DNA from: Clostridiales bacterium DTU086
Lineage (GTDB): Bacteria > Bacillota > DTU086
DNA length: 64,000 bases
Assembly (NCBI GenBank): GCA_001513335.1
Contig: LFTO01000116.1
Coordinates: 536-64,535, forward strand
Direction of reading: 5' to 3'
Shown here piece by piece: positions 29,960 to 39,862 of the stretch. Positions within the stretch are counted from its first letter, which is position 1. Each line of letters starts with the position of its first letter. Under the pieces are notes generated by a model that saw nothing but the letters and a program-made list of their open reading frames with translations, ran no database searches and had not been told where the DNA came from. Made by a program: the position numbers and the translations under genes.

Positions 29960-30667
29960 ATGGCAGTTTACAGCGTGTGCCTTGATCCCGGCCATGGGGG
30001 CCGTGACCCCGGTGCTGTTGGACCTTCAGGCATTCTTGAAAAAAACGTTAACCTCAATGTGGCTAAGCAGGCGGCTGCTTTTTTTAAAGATAATATTCAA
30101 GTATTCATGACCAGGGATAATGATATAACTGTGGAATTGGAGGAACGAACCAGGTATGTTAACCAAAAAGCACCGGACATTTTAATCAGCATTCATTGTA
30201 ATTCCGCTGAAAATGCACGGGCAAATGGCTTAGAGACGTACTGTTATAATTTCGGTGGGAGCGGAGAAATCCTGGCTAGGTCAATCCAGAGGTCAATTGT
30301 TTCAGCTACAGGATTGCGCAACCGCGGTGTAAAAGAGGGCAACCTGCACATGCTTCGGGAGACCAATATGCCGGCAGTTTTAGTTGAACTGGGATTCTTA
30401 TCAAACCGGGAGGAAGAAGCACTATTAACAAGTTTGGACTTTCACATTAAGTGCGGTCGGGCTATAGCAGAAGGGGTAGGAAATTATTTTAGGCAGGTCA
30501 AAGTGACTAGAGAACTTCAATCTATAGATGTACAATATAAAGGCCTAAATTTGGAAGGGTACCTAATTGAGGGAAAGGCTTTTGTGGAACTCAGGGCTTT
30601 TGCTGAGGCCCTGGATAAACGAGTGTTCTGGGACAACCAGAACAACACTGCTCAGGTACTTGACTGA
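29960..30667 (+). CDS. N-acetylmuramoyl-L-alanine amidase with a C-terminal copper-amine-oxidase-like N1 domain
   Basis: CLDPGHGGRDPGAVG..ISIHCNS..LVELGFLSN is the Amidase_3 signature; the C-terminus resembles a copper-amine-oxidase-like N1 domain. GGGGGAGGG RBS before the ATG at 29960. Confidence 0.8.
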   Translation: MAVYSVCLDPGHGGRDPGAVGPSGILEKNVNLNVAKQAAAFFKDNIQVFMTRDNDITVELEERTRYVNQKAPDILISIHCNSAENARANGLETYCYNFGGSGEILARSIQRSIVSATGLRNRGVKEGNLHMLRETNMPAVLVELGFLSNREEEALLTSLDFHIKCGRAIAEGVGNYFRQVKVTRELQSIDVQYKGLNLEGYLIEGKAFVELRAFAEALDKRVFWDNQNNTAQVLD

Positions 30668-30826
30668 GAAAAAGTAGTCCATTATAGCCGCATCCGAACA
30701 GAGCTGATTTATGCAATATTTTCCACCAACATTTACCAGGGATTTGGGTAAAAAAGAACTATCATTCAGTACTTTTGAAATATTAGCCACCAAATTAGCT
30801 TGGGTTTCTGGTATTATAAAAGTAGT

Positions 30827-30852
30827 AAAAAAACCCCGCAAAACTTGCGAGG
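30827..30852 (-). terminator. intrinsic terminator downstream of tRNA-Trp
   Basis: Minus strand CCTCGCAA-GTT-TTGCGGGG followed by T7. Confidence 0.7.
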
Positions 30853-30863
30853 TCTTTACTTAA

Positions 30864-30939
30864 CTGGCAGGGGAGACAGGAATCGAACCCGCAACCAACG
30901 GATTTGGAGTCCGCTACTCTACCAATTGAGCTACTCCCC
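30864..30939 (-). tRNA. tRNA-Trp (anticodon CCA)
   Basis: The reverse complement reads GGGGAGTAGCTCAATTGGTAGAGTAGCGGACTCCAAATCCGTTGGTTGCGGGTTCGATTCCTGTCTCCCCTGCCA. Anticodon loop CTCCAAA. Confidence 0.9.
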
Positions 30940-30958
30940 TTTGCTTCTTACACCTAAA

Positions 30959-30987
30959 CATTATATGATAATTTGTTATAACAGTCA
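30959..30987 (-). promoter_or_regulatory. sigma-A promoter for tRNA-Trp (TTGACT-17-TATAAT)
   Basis: Minus strand TTGACTgttataacaaattatcaTATAAT, about 19 nt upstream of the tRNA 5' end. Confidence 0.75.
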
Positions 30988-31108
30988 ACAAGTCCATACT
31001 TTACTTTTTTCGATGAAAGAAAGTATACCGTAAAAGTGTATTATATATCAAAAGTAAATTATGGTTGCTGAGAGTCAATTTGGTTATTATATGCTCCGAG
31101 GTGAAAAA

Positions 31109-31621
31109 ATGCGTCTAATAAAATTAGCAATCGTAATATTTTTGTTAACAGCAGCTTTTTTCCTGTCGGGCTGCACCGGCTCTACAACAGCATATACCAG
31201 CCCTCCGGAGAACTTTAGTCTGGAGGATGCCGGGAAGATGGATTTAAAGCTGGTCGACATGGGTAAGCTGCAGAAAAACAAAATCAATGAAGTGACAGGG
31301 GTTTCTTTAAATAATTTTGGCGAAGGATATAATATCAAATATCGCTATTTGAACAACTATATTACAGTGAAAATAGTAAAATTTGACTCCCCTTCCAAAG
31401 GGAAAAAGTTTTGGGCTAAATGGGTTTCCAATGGGAATTACAAGTATAGTACCATTAATGAAGCCTCAGTTGTATCTTTTGTGACAAAGCGCTATTCTGT
31501 TAGAGCATGGCAAAAAGACAGCTGGTTTACCTATATAGCTGTCCCCACCGATATTCCCAACCATAAAAAGCTTCTTGAGGAAATTAGAGAGTATATTAAT
31601 TATCAGTACCAGGAATTGTAG
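31109..31621 (+). CDS. hypothetical lipoprotein
   Basis: Signal peptide with lipobox FFLSGC after the ATG at 31109 (GAGGTGA RBS). The ORF track starts at 31061. Confidence 0.5.
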   Translation: MRLIKLAIVIFLLTAAFFLSGCTGSTTAYTSPPENFSLEDAGKMDLKLVDMGKLQKNKINEVTGVSLNNFGEGYNIKYRYLNNYITVKIVKFDSPSKGKKFWAKWVSNGNYKYSTINEASVVSFVTKRYSVRAWQKDSWFTYIAVPTDIPNHKKLLEEIREYINYQYQEL

Positions 31622-31649
31622 GGCCGTTCACGGCCCTGTTTTATTTTTT
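31621..31649 (+). terminator. intrinsic terminator
   Basis: GGGCCG-TTCA-CGGCCC followed by TGTTTTATTTTTT. Confidence 0.8.
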
Positions 31650-32134
31650 ATCAAGATAAATAATTAACCACCAATTAGCCGTTATAGCAGGCTGTGCCTT
31701 TTACCGCCCCATGCAGTGCCCAGGAAGTAGGCAGGACACTTTCTTGATGCTTGTTCTCCGACCAAATCCAGCGGCCAAAAAAGCGACATCCTGTCTTGAT
31801 TGGCCGGAACAGGCGTTCTGCCTGGCCCCCGGTTTGCATACGGACTTGCCAAGAGTTTTTGCTGATATTCGCACGCGGTGGGCAAGAGGGGTTCTTTGCG
31901 TCTCAGGGCAAACATTTTGAAATGCTCAGCGTACCTCTTGTGTGTCTAGCGCTTGGAGAGCTCGCGTATCACTTGCTGGTGTTTAGAAGCCTCGGTTAAA
32001 TCGTTGCCGCCCACAGAACGGATTTGTTCCTGTCAACTGAGATAATTTAATTTTTTAGGAGGGGACAGAGGTTTTTCCTAGAATTCATAATAAATGAGGA
32101 TAAAATATGCTATTAGTGTAAAAATAAGGTAAAG

Positions 32135-32572
32135 CTATAAATCAATTTCTGTAATAAGTTCTATTCCATATGCCTTGAGAAGCGCTGCTGTTACACCGTT
32201 TCCACACCTTTTAGAGTGGGAAAAAGTACCGTCATAAATGCAGTTTACTCCGCAGGAAGGGCTGTTTGCTTTTAAGACGGCTTTTTTGGCGCCTGTTAAC
32301 CGGGCTATTTTAAGGGCCATTTCCGCCCCGGCAATAAAGTGTCCAGTTACATCAGAGCCTTTATCAGTGACAACGCAGGCATTACCTTCCAGCACATCAC
32401 TGCCATCGCCTCCTACGATTTGTGCAGGAGGCCGGGGAGTAGAAAGCCCCCCAAGCTGTTCCGGGCATATGGGAACGATTTTACTGCCCAAGTTTAGGGC
32501 TTTGTCGTGCCGGTTGTTTTTGCCATTGTACTTACAATTTATTCCCAGCAAACAGGCACTTACAAGGATCAT
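32135..32572 (-). CDS. DUF523 (TudS/YbbK-like) family protein
   Basis: MILVSACLLGINCKYNG N-terminus preceded by an AAGGAG RBS. The longer ORF-track start (32632) lacks an RBS and would overlap the divergent gene. Confidence 0.65.
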   Translation of the reverse strand: MILVSACLLGINCKYNGKNNRHDKALNLGSKIVPICPEQLGGLSTPRPPAQIVGGDGSDVLEGNACVVTDKGSDVTGHFIAGAEMALKIARLTGAKKAVLKANSPSCGVNCIYDGTFSHSKRCGNGVTAALLKAYGIELITEIDL

Positions 32573-32618
32573 TTTATTATCTCCTTTTGAAAAATTAATT
32601 GTGAATGGAGGATCACAG

Positions 32619-35378
32619 TTGAGGCGTACCATTTACATAACAATTTTTGCTGTTGTGGCAGCAATCCTAATTCTAATCTTTACTGCCACCATGATAACAG
32701 ATTGGTTCTGGTTTGGGGAAGTAGGCTACCAGAGTGTGTTTTTAACATCTTTGCTTTCAAGTCTTGGGTTGAGAATCATTACAGGGATATTCCTATTCTT
32801 GATCATATATATAAATTTGAGAATCACCAGGCGGTCTCTGCATACTGAACCTGAAATCTATGAAGAAGATGAAAATGTAATTCCCATTAGAAGGTACGTT
32901 GCAGATAGAATTTTTGATGCAAAAAAGCTGAACATACTTTTTCTCGCTGTGAGTATACTTCTCGCTTTACTTTTTAGTTCTGCTGCTTCCAATAACTGGC
33001 TCATGGTACAGCAGTTCTTGAACAAAGCTTCCTTTGGCATAAAAGAGCCTATCTTTAATCTGGATGCCTCTTTTTATATTTTCACTCTTCCTTTTTTACG
33101 GATGTTATACTCCTTCTTATTCATAGGGATACTCCTTTCTATATTTGCGGCTGGAGCTTCTTATTTCCTGTTCGGAGCAAGGGAATTCCTTAACTGGCGG
33201 GATAATCAGATTAACCAGCCCAAGGTGCACCTTTCCATCCTTTTGGCACTTCTCTTTCTCTTAAAGGCTTTTGATTATATCCTGGATGGCTTTGGTTTAT
33301 TGAACAAGCCCGGGGGTGTCGTTTATGGGCCGGGGTATACAGATGTAAATGTCCTACTCCTGGCGTACAGGGTGCTGGCAGTGATTGCTGTAGCAGCGGC
33401 TGTGGCTGTTCTTATTAACATCTTTCTAAAAAAATTCCGGTATGTTATATATACTGTTATATCCCTGATAGTCGTATCCATTTTGTTAGGAAACGTTGCT
33501 CCATATGCAGTTCAAAAGATACGCGTTGAACCAAACGAACTGGCTGTTGAATCCCCTTATATCAAAAACAATATGGAACTTACCAGGAAAGCTTATAATA
33601 TAGATCAAATCAGATTGGAAACCTTTGAAGCTTCCACTCTTGATATGGCTGATATCCAGGAGAATCCCGGGACTATTCAGAACATCCGCCTGTGGGACCC
33701 CGAACCACTGCAAAACGCAAACACGCAGCTGCAGGAAATTCGCCCCTATTATTCCTTTTTGGATGTGGATATCGACAGGTACACCATTAACGGGCAATTG
33801 AGACAGGTTATGATTTCAGCCAGGGAATTAACCAAAAATCAGCTTGACCAGAATGCCCAGACCTGGGTAAACCAAAAGCTTCGCTATACCCACGGTTACG
33901 GTTTGACAATGAACTTTGTTGCCAGTGCAACTTCAGAAGGGCATCCCCATTATGTTGTAAAGGATATTCCTCCTGAATCGGAAGATATTACTGTGGAAGT
34001 ACCGCAAATATATTTTGGTCAGGCAGAAGATGATTATGTGATTGTCAACACAACTACTGAAGAATTCGATTACCCTTCAACTACGGGCAATGTGAGTACT
34101 ACCTATACAGGAAAGGGCGGAATCCCAGTTTCCAATATCTTTACCCGGGCTTTGTTTGCTTTAAGGTTTGGGGATTACCGCATGTTAATTTCCAACGCTT
34201 TGACCGATGACAGCCGGATAATATTCCGGACAAATATCAACGAACGTATTCAGCGGATAGCTCCTTTCCTGGTTTATGACAGGGACCCTTACCTTGTCGT
34301 TGACGACGGCAGATTATTTTGGATACAGGATGCCTATACTACTTCCCGAAATTTTCCCTACTCTACCCCGGTAGGGGGCATGGGGAATTATATCAGGAAC
34401 AGTGTAAAAGTAGTTGTGGATGCCTATAACGGGGATGTTACTTTTTATGCAGACCTGGAAAATGACCCTATAGTCAGGTCTTATGCGGGAATATTTCCGA
34501 AATTGTTCAAACCCTGGGAACAGATTCCCGATGGCCTTGTACCGCACCTGCGTTATCCCGAGGATTTATTTAATGTCCAGGCAGAGATCTACAAGACATA
34601 CCATATGGAAGATGTAAGGGACTTTTACAACAAGGAGGATGTTTGGACAATTCCTCAGGAAATTTTTGCCGGTGAAACAATAACAATGCAGCCATACTAT
34701 ACTATTATGACTCTTCCAGGCGAGGGGGAAAACCCTGAATTTGTACTTATGTTGCCCTTCACACCTGCCAAAAAGAACAACATGGCAGCCTGGTTGGCTG
34801 TCCGGTGCGATCCTGAACACTATGGTGACGCTATTGTCTTCCAGTTCAGCAAGCAGGAACTTGTATACGGGCCAAACCAAGTAGAGGCAGAAATTCAGGC
34901 TGACTCAGAAATATCACAGGCAATCAGCCTTTGGAGTCAGCGGGGTTCGGAAGTTATTCGAGGAAACCTGCTGGTAATTCCGATAAATGATGGGATAATC
35001 TATGTGGAACCTTTATTCCTTCAGTCTGAACAAAATAAACTACCCAGCCTTAAACGCGTCATAGTGTTTCACAACGGGGAACTAGCATGGGCGGAAACCC
35101 TGGGTGAAGCTTTGGCAAAATTGTTTGCAGCTGGCGAAGACACGAGGACAGGGCTAATAGATGATGGAGCTCCTGGAGATGGCGAAGATGATGCTGGTGT
35201 CGAAGAAAAAGGTGATGAGGACATGGCACCGGAATTAGAGAGCCTTGATGAACTTATCAACCGTGCAAATCAATTGTTCCGCCAGGCCAAGGAGAGACAA
35301 AAAAACGGTGACTGGGCTGGATACGGTGAAGCCCTTTCCGAGCTGGAATCAGTCCTGGAAAGGATGGCCAATCAATAG
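32619..35378 (+). CDS. UPF0182 family large membrane protein
   Basis: TTG start with a GGAGGA RBS. N-terminal polytopic domain with the WFWFGEVGYQSVF motif, large soluble domain, acidic C-terminus. The ORF-track 5' extension to 32238 is an artefact of the open frame. Confidence 0.7.
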   Translation: MRRTIYITIFAVVAAILILIFTATMITDWFWFGEVGYQSVFLTSLLSSLGLRIITGIFLFLIIYINLRITRRSLHTEPEIYEEDENVIPIRRYVADRIFDAKKLNILFLAVSILLALLFSSAASNNWLMVQQFLNKASFGIKEPIFNLDASFYIFTLPFLRMLYSFLFIGILLSIFAAGASYFLFGAREFLNWRDNQINQPKVHLSILLALLFLLKAFDYILDGFGLLNKPGGVVYGPGYTDVNVLLLAYRVLAVIAVAAAVAVLINIFLKKFRYVIYTVISLIVVSILLGNVAPYAVQKIRVEPNELAVESPYIKNNMELTRKAYNIDQIRLETFEASTLDMADIQENPGTIQNIRLWDPEPLQNANTQLQEIRPYYSFLDVDIDRYTINGQLRQVMISARELTKNQLDQNAQTWVNQKLRYTHGYGLTMNFVASATSEGHPHYVVKDIPPESEDITVEVPQIYFGQAEDDYVIVNTTTEEFDYPSTTGNVSTTYTGKGGIPVSNIFTRALFALRFGDYRMLISNALTDDSRIIFRTNINERIQRIAPFLVYDRDPYLVVDDGRLFWIQDAYTTSRNFPYSTPVGGMGNYIRNSVKVVVDAYNGDVTFYADLENDPIVRSYAGIFPKLFKPWEQIPDGLVPHLRYPEDLFNVQAEIYKTYHMEDVRDFYNKEDVWTIPQEIFAGETITMQPYYTIMTLPGEGENPEFVLMLPFTPAKKNNMAAWLAVRCDPEHYGDAIVFQFSKQELVYGPNQVEAEIQADSEISQAISLWSQRGSEVIRGNLLVIPINDGIIYVEPLFLQSEQNKLPSLKRVIVFHNGELAWAETLGEALAKLFAAGEDTRTGLIDDGAPGDGEDDAGVEEKGDEDMAPELESLDELINRANQLFRQAKERQKNGDWAGYGEALSELESVLERMANQ

Positions 35379-35408
35379 GCGTTGCTTAGACATAATTAAC
35401 ATTTAATG

Positions 35409-35437
35409 TTGACTTTAGAGGAGACCTGTGATATTTT
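35409..35437 (+). promoter_or_regulatory. putative sigma-A promoter (TTGACT..TGTGATATTTT) for the ligase leader
   Basis: TTGACT at 35409-35414. A TG-extended -10-like TATTTT follows about 17 nt later. Confidence 0.4.
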
Positions 35438-35515
35438 CTTAGTAACTGAAAAATAGTTGAGCTGAGCTTAGAGGAGTTTTGTTGAGCCGAGTTAGGACCA
35501 GTCTGACTATAACAA

Positions 35516-35555
35516 CGGCTGGCCCCTTCGGGGTCAAGCCGCTTTTGTTTTTTTC
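35516..35555 (+). terminator. strong intrinsic terminator/attenuator hairpin immediately upstream of the ligase RBS
   Basis: CGGCTGGCCCC-TTCG-GGGGTCAAGCCG followed by CTTTTGTTTTTTT. It ends 16 nt before the ATG at 35571. Confidence 0.7.
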
Positions 35556-35570
35556 GGGGAGGGAAACACC

Positions 35571-36845
35571 ATGACAGTGAAATATGCAGAAAAAACCCCT
35601 TTGGGGTTCAGTGAAGAGTCCAGTGTCCTGCTGTGCAGACTGATTAAAAAAATGGCACGTAACCCTTTCTACAAGGAAAGGTTTAATTCCTTAGGGATTG
35701 TCCCTGAAGAGATTAAAGGGGTTGAAGACCTGCCCAAGCTCCCGTTTACTACCAAAGAAGATTTAAGGAAAACTTATCCCCTGGGACTTCAGGTTGCTCC
35801 CGACAGGGATGTGGTAAGAGTCCATTCTTCTTCCGGTACTACGGGACAGCCTGTTATGGTGCCCTATACCAGAAACGATGTTAATACCTGGGCGGAAATG
35901 ATGGCCCGCTGTTTGAAAATGGCTGGAGTCACGGATAGTGACCGTATTCAAATCACCCCGGGGTACGGTCTTTGGACAGCAGGTATTGGTTTTCAAGCCG
36001 GTACAGAACGGTTGGGAGCTATGGCTGTCCCTGTTGGACCCGGTAATACAGACCGGCAGCTGAAAATGATGGTTGACCTAAAGACTACAGTCCTGATTGG
36101 AACATCATCCTATGCCCTTCTCCTTGCCGAAGAAGCTAACCGGCGTGGTCTTACGGAAAAGCTCCACTTAAGGCTGGGCGTTTTCGGATCAGAGCGCTGG
36201 GGGGAAAAAATGCGTACCAGAATTGAAGAATTGATTGGCATTGAAACGTTTGACATATATGGGCTTACAGAAATTTACGGACCTGGAATCGCAATTGACT
36301 GCCCTCACCATACAGGTCTCCATTATTGGGATGACCACCTAATATTTGAAATAGTTGACCCTGTTACAGGAAAACCGCTGCCCAGGGGTTCCACAGGTGA
36401 GCTTGTTATTACAACGATTACTAAGGAAGGTATGCCCTTATTGCGTTTTAGAACCAGAGATATTACCAGGATTATCCCCGCAAGGTGCTCCTGCGGTAGT
36501 CCGTATCCCATGATTGACCGGATTATCGGTCGTTCAGATGATATGATTAAAATTAAAGGAGTACAGATTTATCCTGCGGAGATTGAAAATATATTGAAAG
36601 GTATTTCCGGTTTAAGCAGTGAGTATCAAATTGAGATTAGCCGGAGCAGCGGCAAAGAAAGAGCAGTCCTCCGTGTTGAAAGACAGCCCTTCGAGAAATG
36701 CAGTAACGGTTTGGCCAGGATATGTGAGATGGAAGTTAAGAGTAAGATTGGATTAAGTATGGATGTTGAAATAGTTGAGTATAATCAACTTCCCAGGAGC
36801 GAAAAAAAGACAAAACGGGTTATTGACCATCGAGACTGTTGCTGA
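35571..36845 (+). CDS. phenylacetate-CoA ligase (PaaK)/coenzyme F390 synthetase-family adenylate-forming enzyme
   Basis: 424 aa. SSGTTGQPV P-loop-like motif, ELIGIETFDIYGLTE, GELVITT, and the KIKGVQIYP C-terminal lysine region. Confidence 0.8.
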   Translation: MTVKYAEKTPLGFSEESSVLLCRLIKKMARNPFYKERFNSLGIVPEEIKGVEDLPKLPFTTKEDLRKTYPLGLQVAPDRDVVRVHSSSGTTGQPVMVPYTRNDVNTWAEMMARCLKMAGVTDSDRIQITPGYGLWTAGIGFQAGTERLGAMAVPVGPGNTDRQLKMMVDLKTTVLIGTSSYALLLAEEANRRGLTEKLHLRLGVFGSERWGEKMRTRIEELIGIETFDIYGLTEIYGPGIAIDCPHHTGLHYWDDHLIFEIVDPVTGKPLPRGSTGELVITTITKEGMPLLRFRTRDITRIIPARCSCGSPYPMIDRIIGRSDDMIKIKGVQIYPAEIENILKGISGLSSEYQIEISRSSGKERAVLRVERQPFEKCSNGLARICEMEVKSKIGLSMDVEIVEYNQLPRSEKKTKRVIDHRDCC

Positions 36846-36864
36846 TAATGATATTGGAGCCAAA

Positions 36865-36890
36865 GGGACCCTTTCACGGGTCTTTTTTGT
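36865..36890 (+). terminator. intrinsic terminator
   Basis: GACCC-TTTCAC-GGGTC followed by TTTTTTG. Confidence 0.65.
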
Positions 36891-37093
36891 TTCCCGAATA
36901 GGCAAAGCAAAGGGGTGAGCTGGCCCGTAAAGCGAAGGAACATTTTGCCAGAAAGAAGGATTTCCATGTAGTGGGAAGAACCTATTGGAGAAGGAAAAAA
37001 CGCTGGTGGTTTTTAACTTGCGGCAGGGAAAGCATATTTCCCCGTGGATGCCAAATACTAAAATAAGGTTGAATGTGGTGGGTGGTAAATTAA

Positions 37094-38484
37094 TGTTAAC
37101 AGAGAGAGAACTTGAGAAAGTACTGTACGCAGCCCTCGGGAAAGGGGGCGATTTTGCTGATATTTATATTGAGCGAAAAGATGCCAACGGTATAACCTGT
37201 GAGTCTGACAAGATTGAAAAAATCCACTCGGGAATTGATTACGGAGCCGGGATCCGTGTAGTATTCCAGGAAAGGACTGCTTACGCTTATACCAACAATG
37301 TTACCCTGGAGGGTCTTCTTGATGCTGCGGTAATAGTGAGCAAGGCAGTTAACAGTGGAAAGTCCAGTGATGTAACCATTAGTCTGAGCAAAAAAGAGGT
37401 CAAGGATGTATCTCCTGTTAAGTATTTGCCTGGGGATATTCCGGTGGAGGATAAGGTTGCCCTGGTTGAGAGAGGAAATGCTGTTGCCAGGGCTTACGAT
37501 AACAGGGTGCGGCAAGTGACTGTAGCCTATGGTGATAATATCAGTGATATTACTGTTGTCAACTCAGAAGGATTGTTTGTCCAGGGCACCAGGATACGCA
37601 CCCGCATGATATGCAGCGTGGTTGTTTCCAGCGGGGGCATCATCCAAACGGGATTTGAATCCGGAGGAGGTACTGCGGGATTTGAATTCTTTTTAAACTC
37701 TACTACTCCTGAGGAAATCTGCAGAAATGCGGCTGCCAGGGCAGTTCTAATGCTTGATTCCCGTCCTGCTCCCGCAGGGAGGATGGCTGTTGTAATGGCC
37801 GCTGAGGCAGGAGGTACCATGATTCATGAAGCATGTGGCCATGGGATGGAAGCCGACTTAGTGCAAAAAGGCCTCTCGGTCTATGCAGGTAAAACAGGTG
37901 AAAAAGTCGCTTCTGATGTGGTCACTGTGGTGGACGATGCAACGGTTCCCAATAAATATGGATCATTTTCCTTTGACGATGAGGGTACAGTCAGTCAGAA
38001 GAAGGTGCTGATAGAAAAGGGTGTCCTGAAAACATATATGTATGATTACCTTACAGCCCAGAGGGACAAACGACCTTCAACCGGAAACGGGCGGCGGGAA
38101 TCCTTTAGACACAAACCTATTCCCCGAATGACCAATACATATATCGCTCCAGGGGAATATGATCCCCAGGAAATTGTAGCCAAAACCAAAAGGGGACTCT
38201 TTGTGAAGAAAATGGGCGGAGGACAGGTTAATACCACCAATGGTGATTTTGTTTTTGACGTCTCGGAAGGTTATCTTATTGAAAACGGTAAAGTTACAGC
38301 TCCGGTAAGAGGGGCAACCCTTACCGGAAACGGACCTGAGGTGCTGAGAATTATAGATATGGTGGGCGGCGATCTTGGATGGGGTATAGGTACCTGTGGA
38401 AAGGACGGGCAGGGAGTACCCGTCAGTGATGCTCAGCCTACCGTTAGGATACCGGAAATAGTTGTAGGCGGGATTTTGGAATGA
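37094..38484 (+). CDS. tldD: TldD-family metallopeptidase
   Basis: Start MLTERELEKVL with a GGTGGGTGG RBS (the ORF track starts at 36985). HEACGHGMEADL metal site. Confidence 0.8.
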
Positions 38485-38498
38485 GGGGTGGACTGGGA

Positions 38499-39848
38499 AT
38501 GACAGAGGAAAAATGTCTTGAAATTGCAGTTAGGGCTGTTGAGGAAGCACAGAAAAAAGGTGCCGAACTGTCTGAAAGCTACGTCTCTCACTCAAAGCAG
38601 CTGTATATTAATGTTCGTGAAGGCGATGTTGAGACAGTGAAGGTAACTGACGAGACAGGTCTGGCTGTGCGTTTGATTAAAGATAAAAAAATGGGTTTTG
38701 TTTTTACAACCGCCCTTAATTACGAAAGCATCCAACAGATTATTGAACAGGCTCTCCACAATGCCGCAAAAACCTCTGCAGACGAATACAACATTCTTCC
38801 TTGGCCATCAAATGAATATCCTTCTCTGAATGTCTATGACCCGCGGATTTCGGAAGTTTCAGTGGAAGAAAAAATTGAGATAGCCAAGGAAATAGAAAGG
38901 GTTGGAAGGGCATACGACCCCAGGATAAAAGTTACAGAGAGCTGTACATACCAGGATGCAGTTTATGTTTCGGCACTGGCCAATTCCAGGGGTATTGCTG
39001 TTTCTTACTCGGGAACACTGGCGGGAGCAACCTCCTATTTTGTTGCCGAAGAGAACGGAGAATCCCAAACAGGTTTTGGACTCGAGTTCGGAGTTACTTA
39101 TAATGCAGTCCAACCTGGAAAAATCGGTGAAGAAGGGGCGGCCAAAGCAGTACGCATGCTAGGAGCAAAAAGCATGCCGACACAAAAAACAGTGGCAGTG
39201 TTTGACCCGTATATCGTAACTAATTTTCTGGATATACTGGCACCGGCAGTTTGCGCTGATGCAGTGCAGAAGAACAAATCTTTGTTGGCAGGAAAAATCG
39301 GCCAAAAAGTGGCTTCAGAATTAATTACTATTGTTGATGACGGAAGGATGGCGGGAGGAATTATGTCTTCTCCCTTTGACGGTGAGGGAGTGAAGACCGG
39401 CACAACTACAGTAATCAGGAACGGGGTCTTAGAGCACTATCTGTATAATACATATACTGCAGCAAAAGAAGGCTGTTGTTCTACAGGTAACGGAATACGG
39501 TCCAGTTCTTATAAAGGGACTCCTGAAGTGGATACAACCAATTTTTATTTAGAGCCGGGAAAAGTTTCCCAGGCGGAACTTTTAAAGGATGTCCATAAGG
39601 GAATTTATATTACTGAAGTAATGGGAATGCACACGGCAAATCCGATTTCAGGTGATTTTTCCGTTGGTGTTTCCGGACTGCTTATTGAGAATGGCGAACT
39701 TACCACCCCTGTGCGGGGGGTTGCCATAGCAGGGAATATACTGGAATTGTTCCGGTCTGTTGACTGTGTTGCTAATGATTTGAGGTTTTTTGTTGGAAAA
39801 GGTGCACCGACTATTCGTGTTGGCAGTATTACAGTCAGCGGCAGTTAA
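38499..39848 (+). CDS. pmbA: PmbA/TldE-family peptidase (partner of TldD)
   Basis: TldD/PmbA fold. Adjacent to tldD and translationally coupled. Confidence 0.75.
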   Translation: MTEEKCLEIAVRAVEEAQKKGAELSESYVSHSKQLYINVREGDVETVKVTDETGLAVRLIKDKKMGFVFTTALNYESIQQIIEQALHNAAKTSADEYNILPWPSNEYPSLNVYDPRISEVSVEEKIEIAKEIERVGRAYDPRIKVTESCTYQDAVYVSALANSRGIAVSYSGTLAGATSYFVAEENGESQTGFGLEFGVTYNAVQPGKIGEEGAAKAVRMLGAKSMPTQKTVAVFDPYIVTNFLDILAPAVCADAVQKNKSLLAGKIGQKVASELITIVDDGRMAGGIMSSPFDGEGVKTGTTTVIRNGVLEHYLYNTYTAAKEGCCSTGNGIRSSSYKGTPEVDTTNFYLEPGKVSQAELLKDVHKGIYITEVMGMHTANPISGDFSVGVSGLLIENGELTTPVRGVAIAGNILELFRSVDCVANDLRFFVGKGAPTIRVGSITVSGS

Positions 39849-39862
39849 AGGGGGAGTTTACA

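Noticed and set aside
32238-32618. The ORF-track 5' extension of the 1046-aa ORF overlapping the DUF523 gene on the opposite strand
   Set aside because: The extension is low-complexity, has no RBS, and overlaps a well-supported minus-strand gene. A TTG start at 32619 with a GGAGGA RBS gives the real UPF0182 N-terminus.
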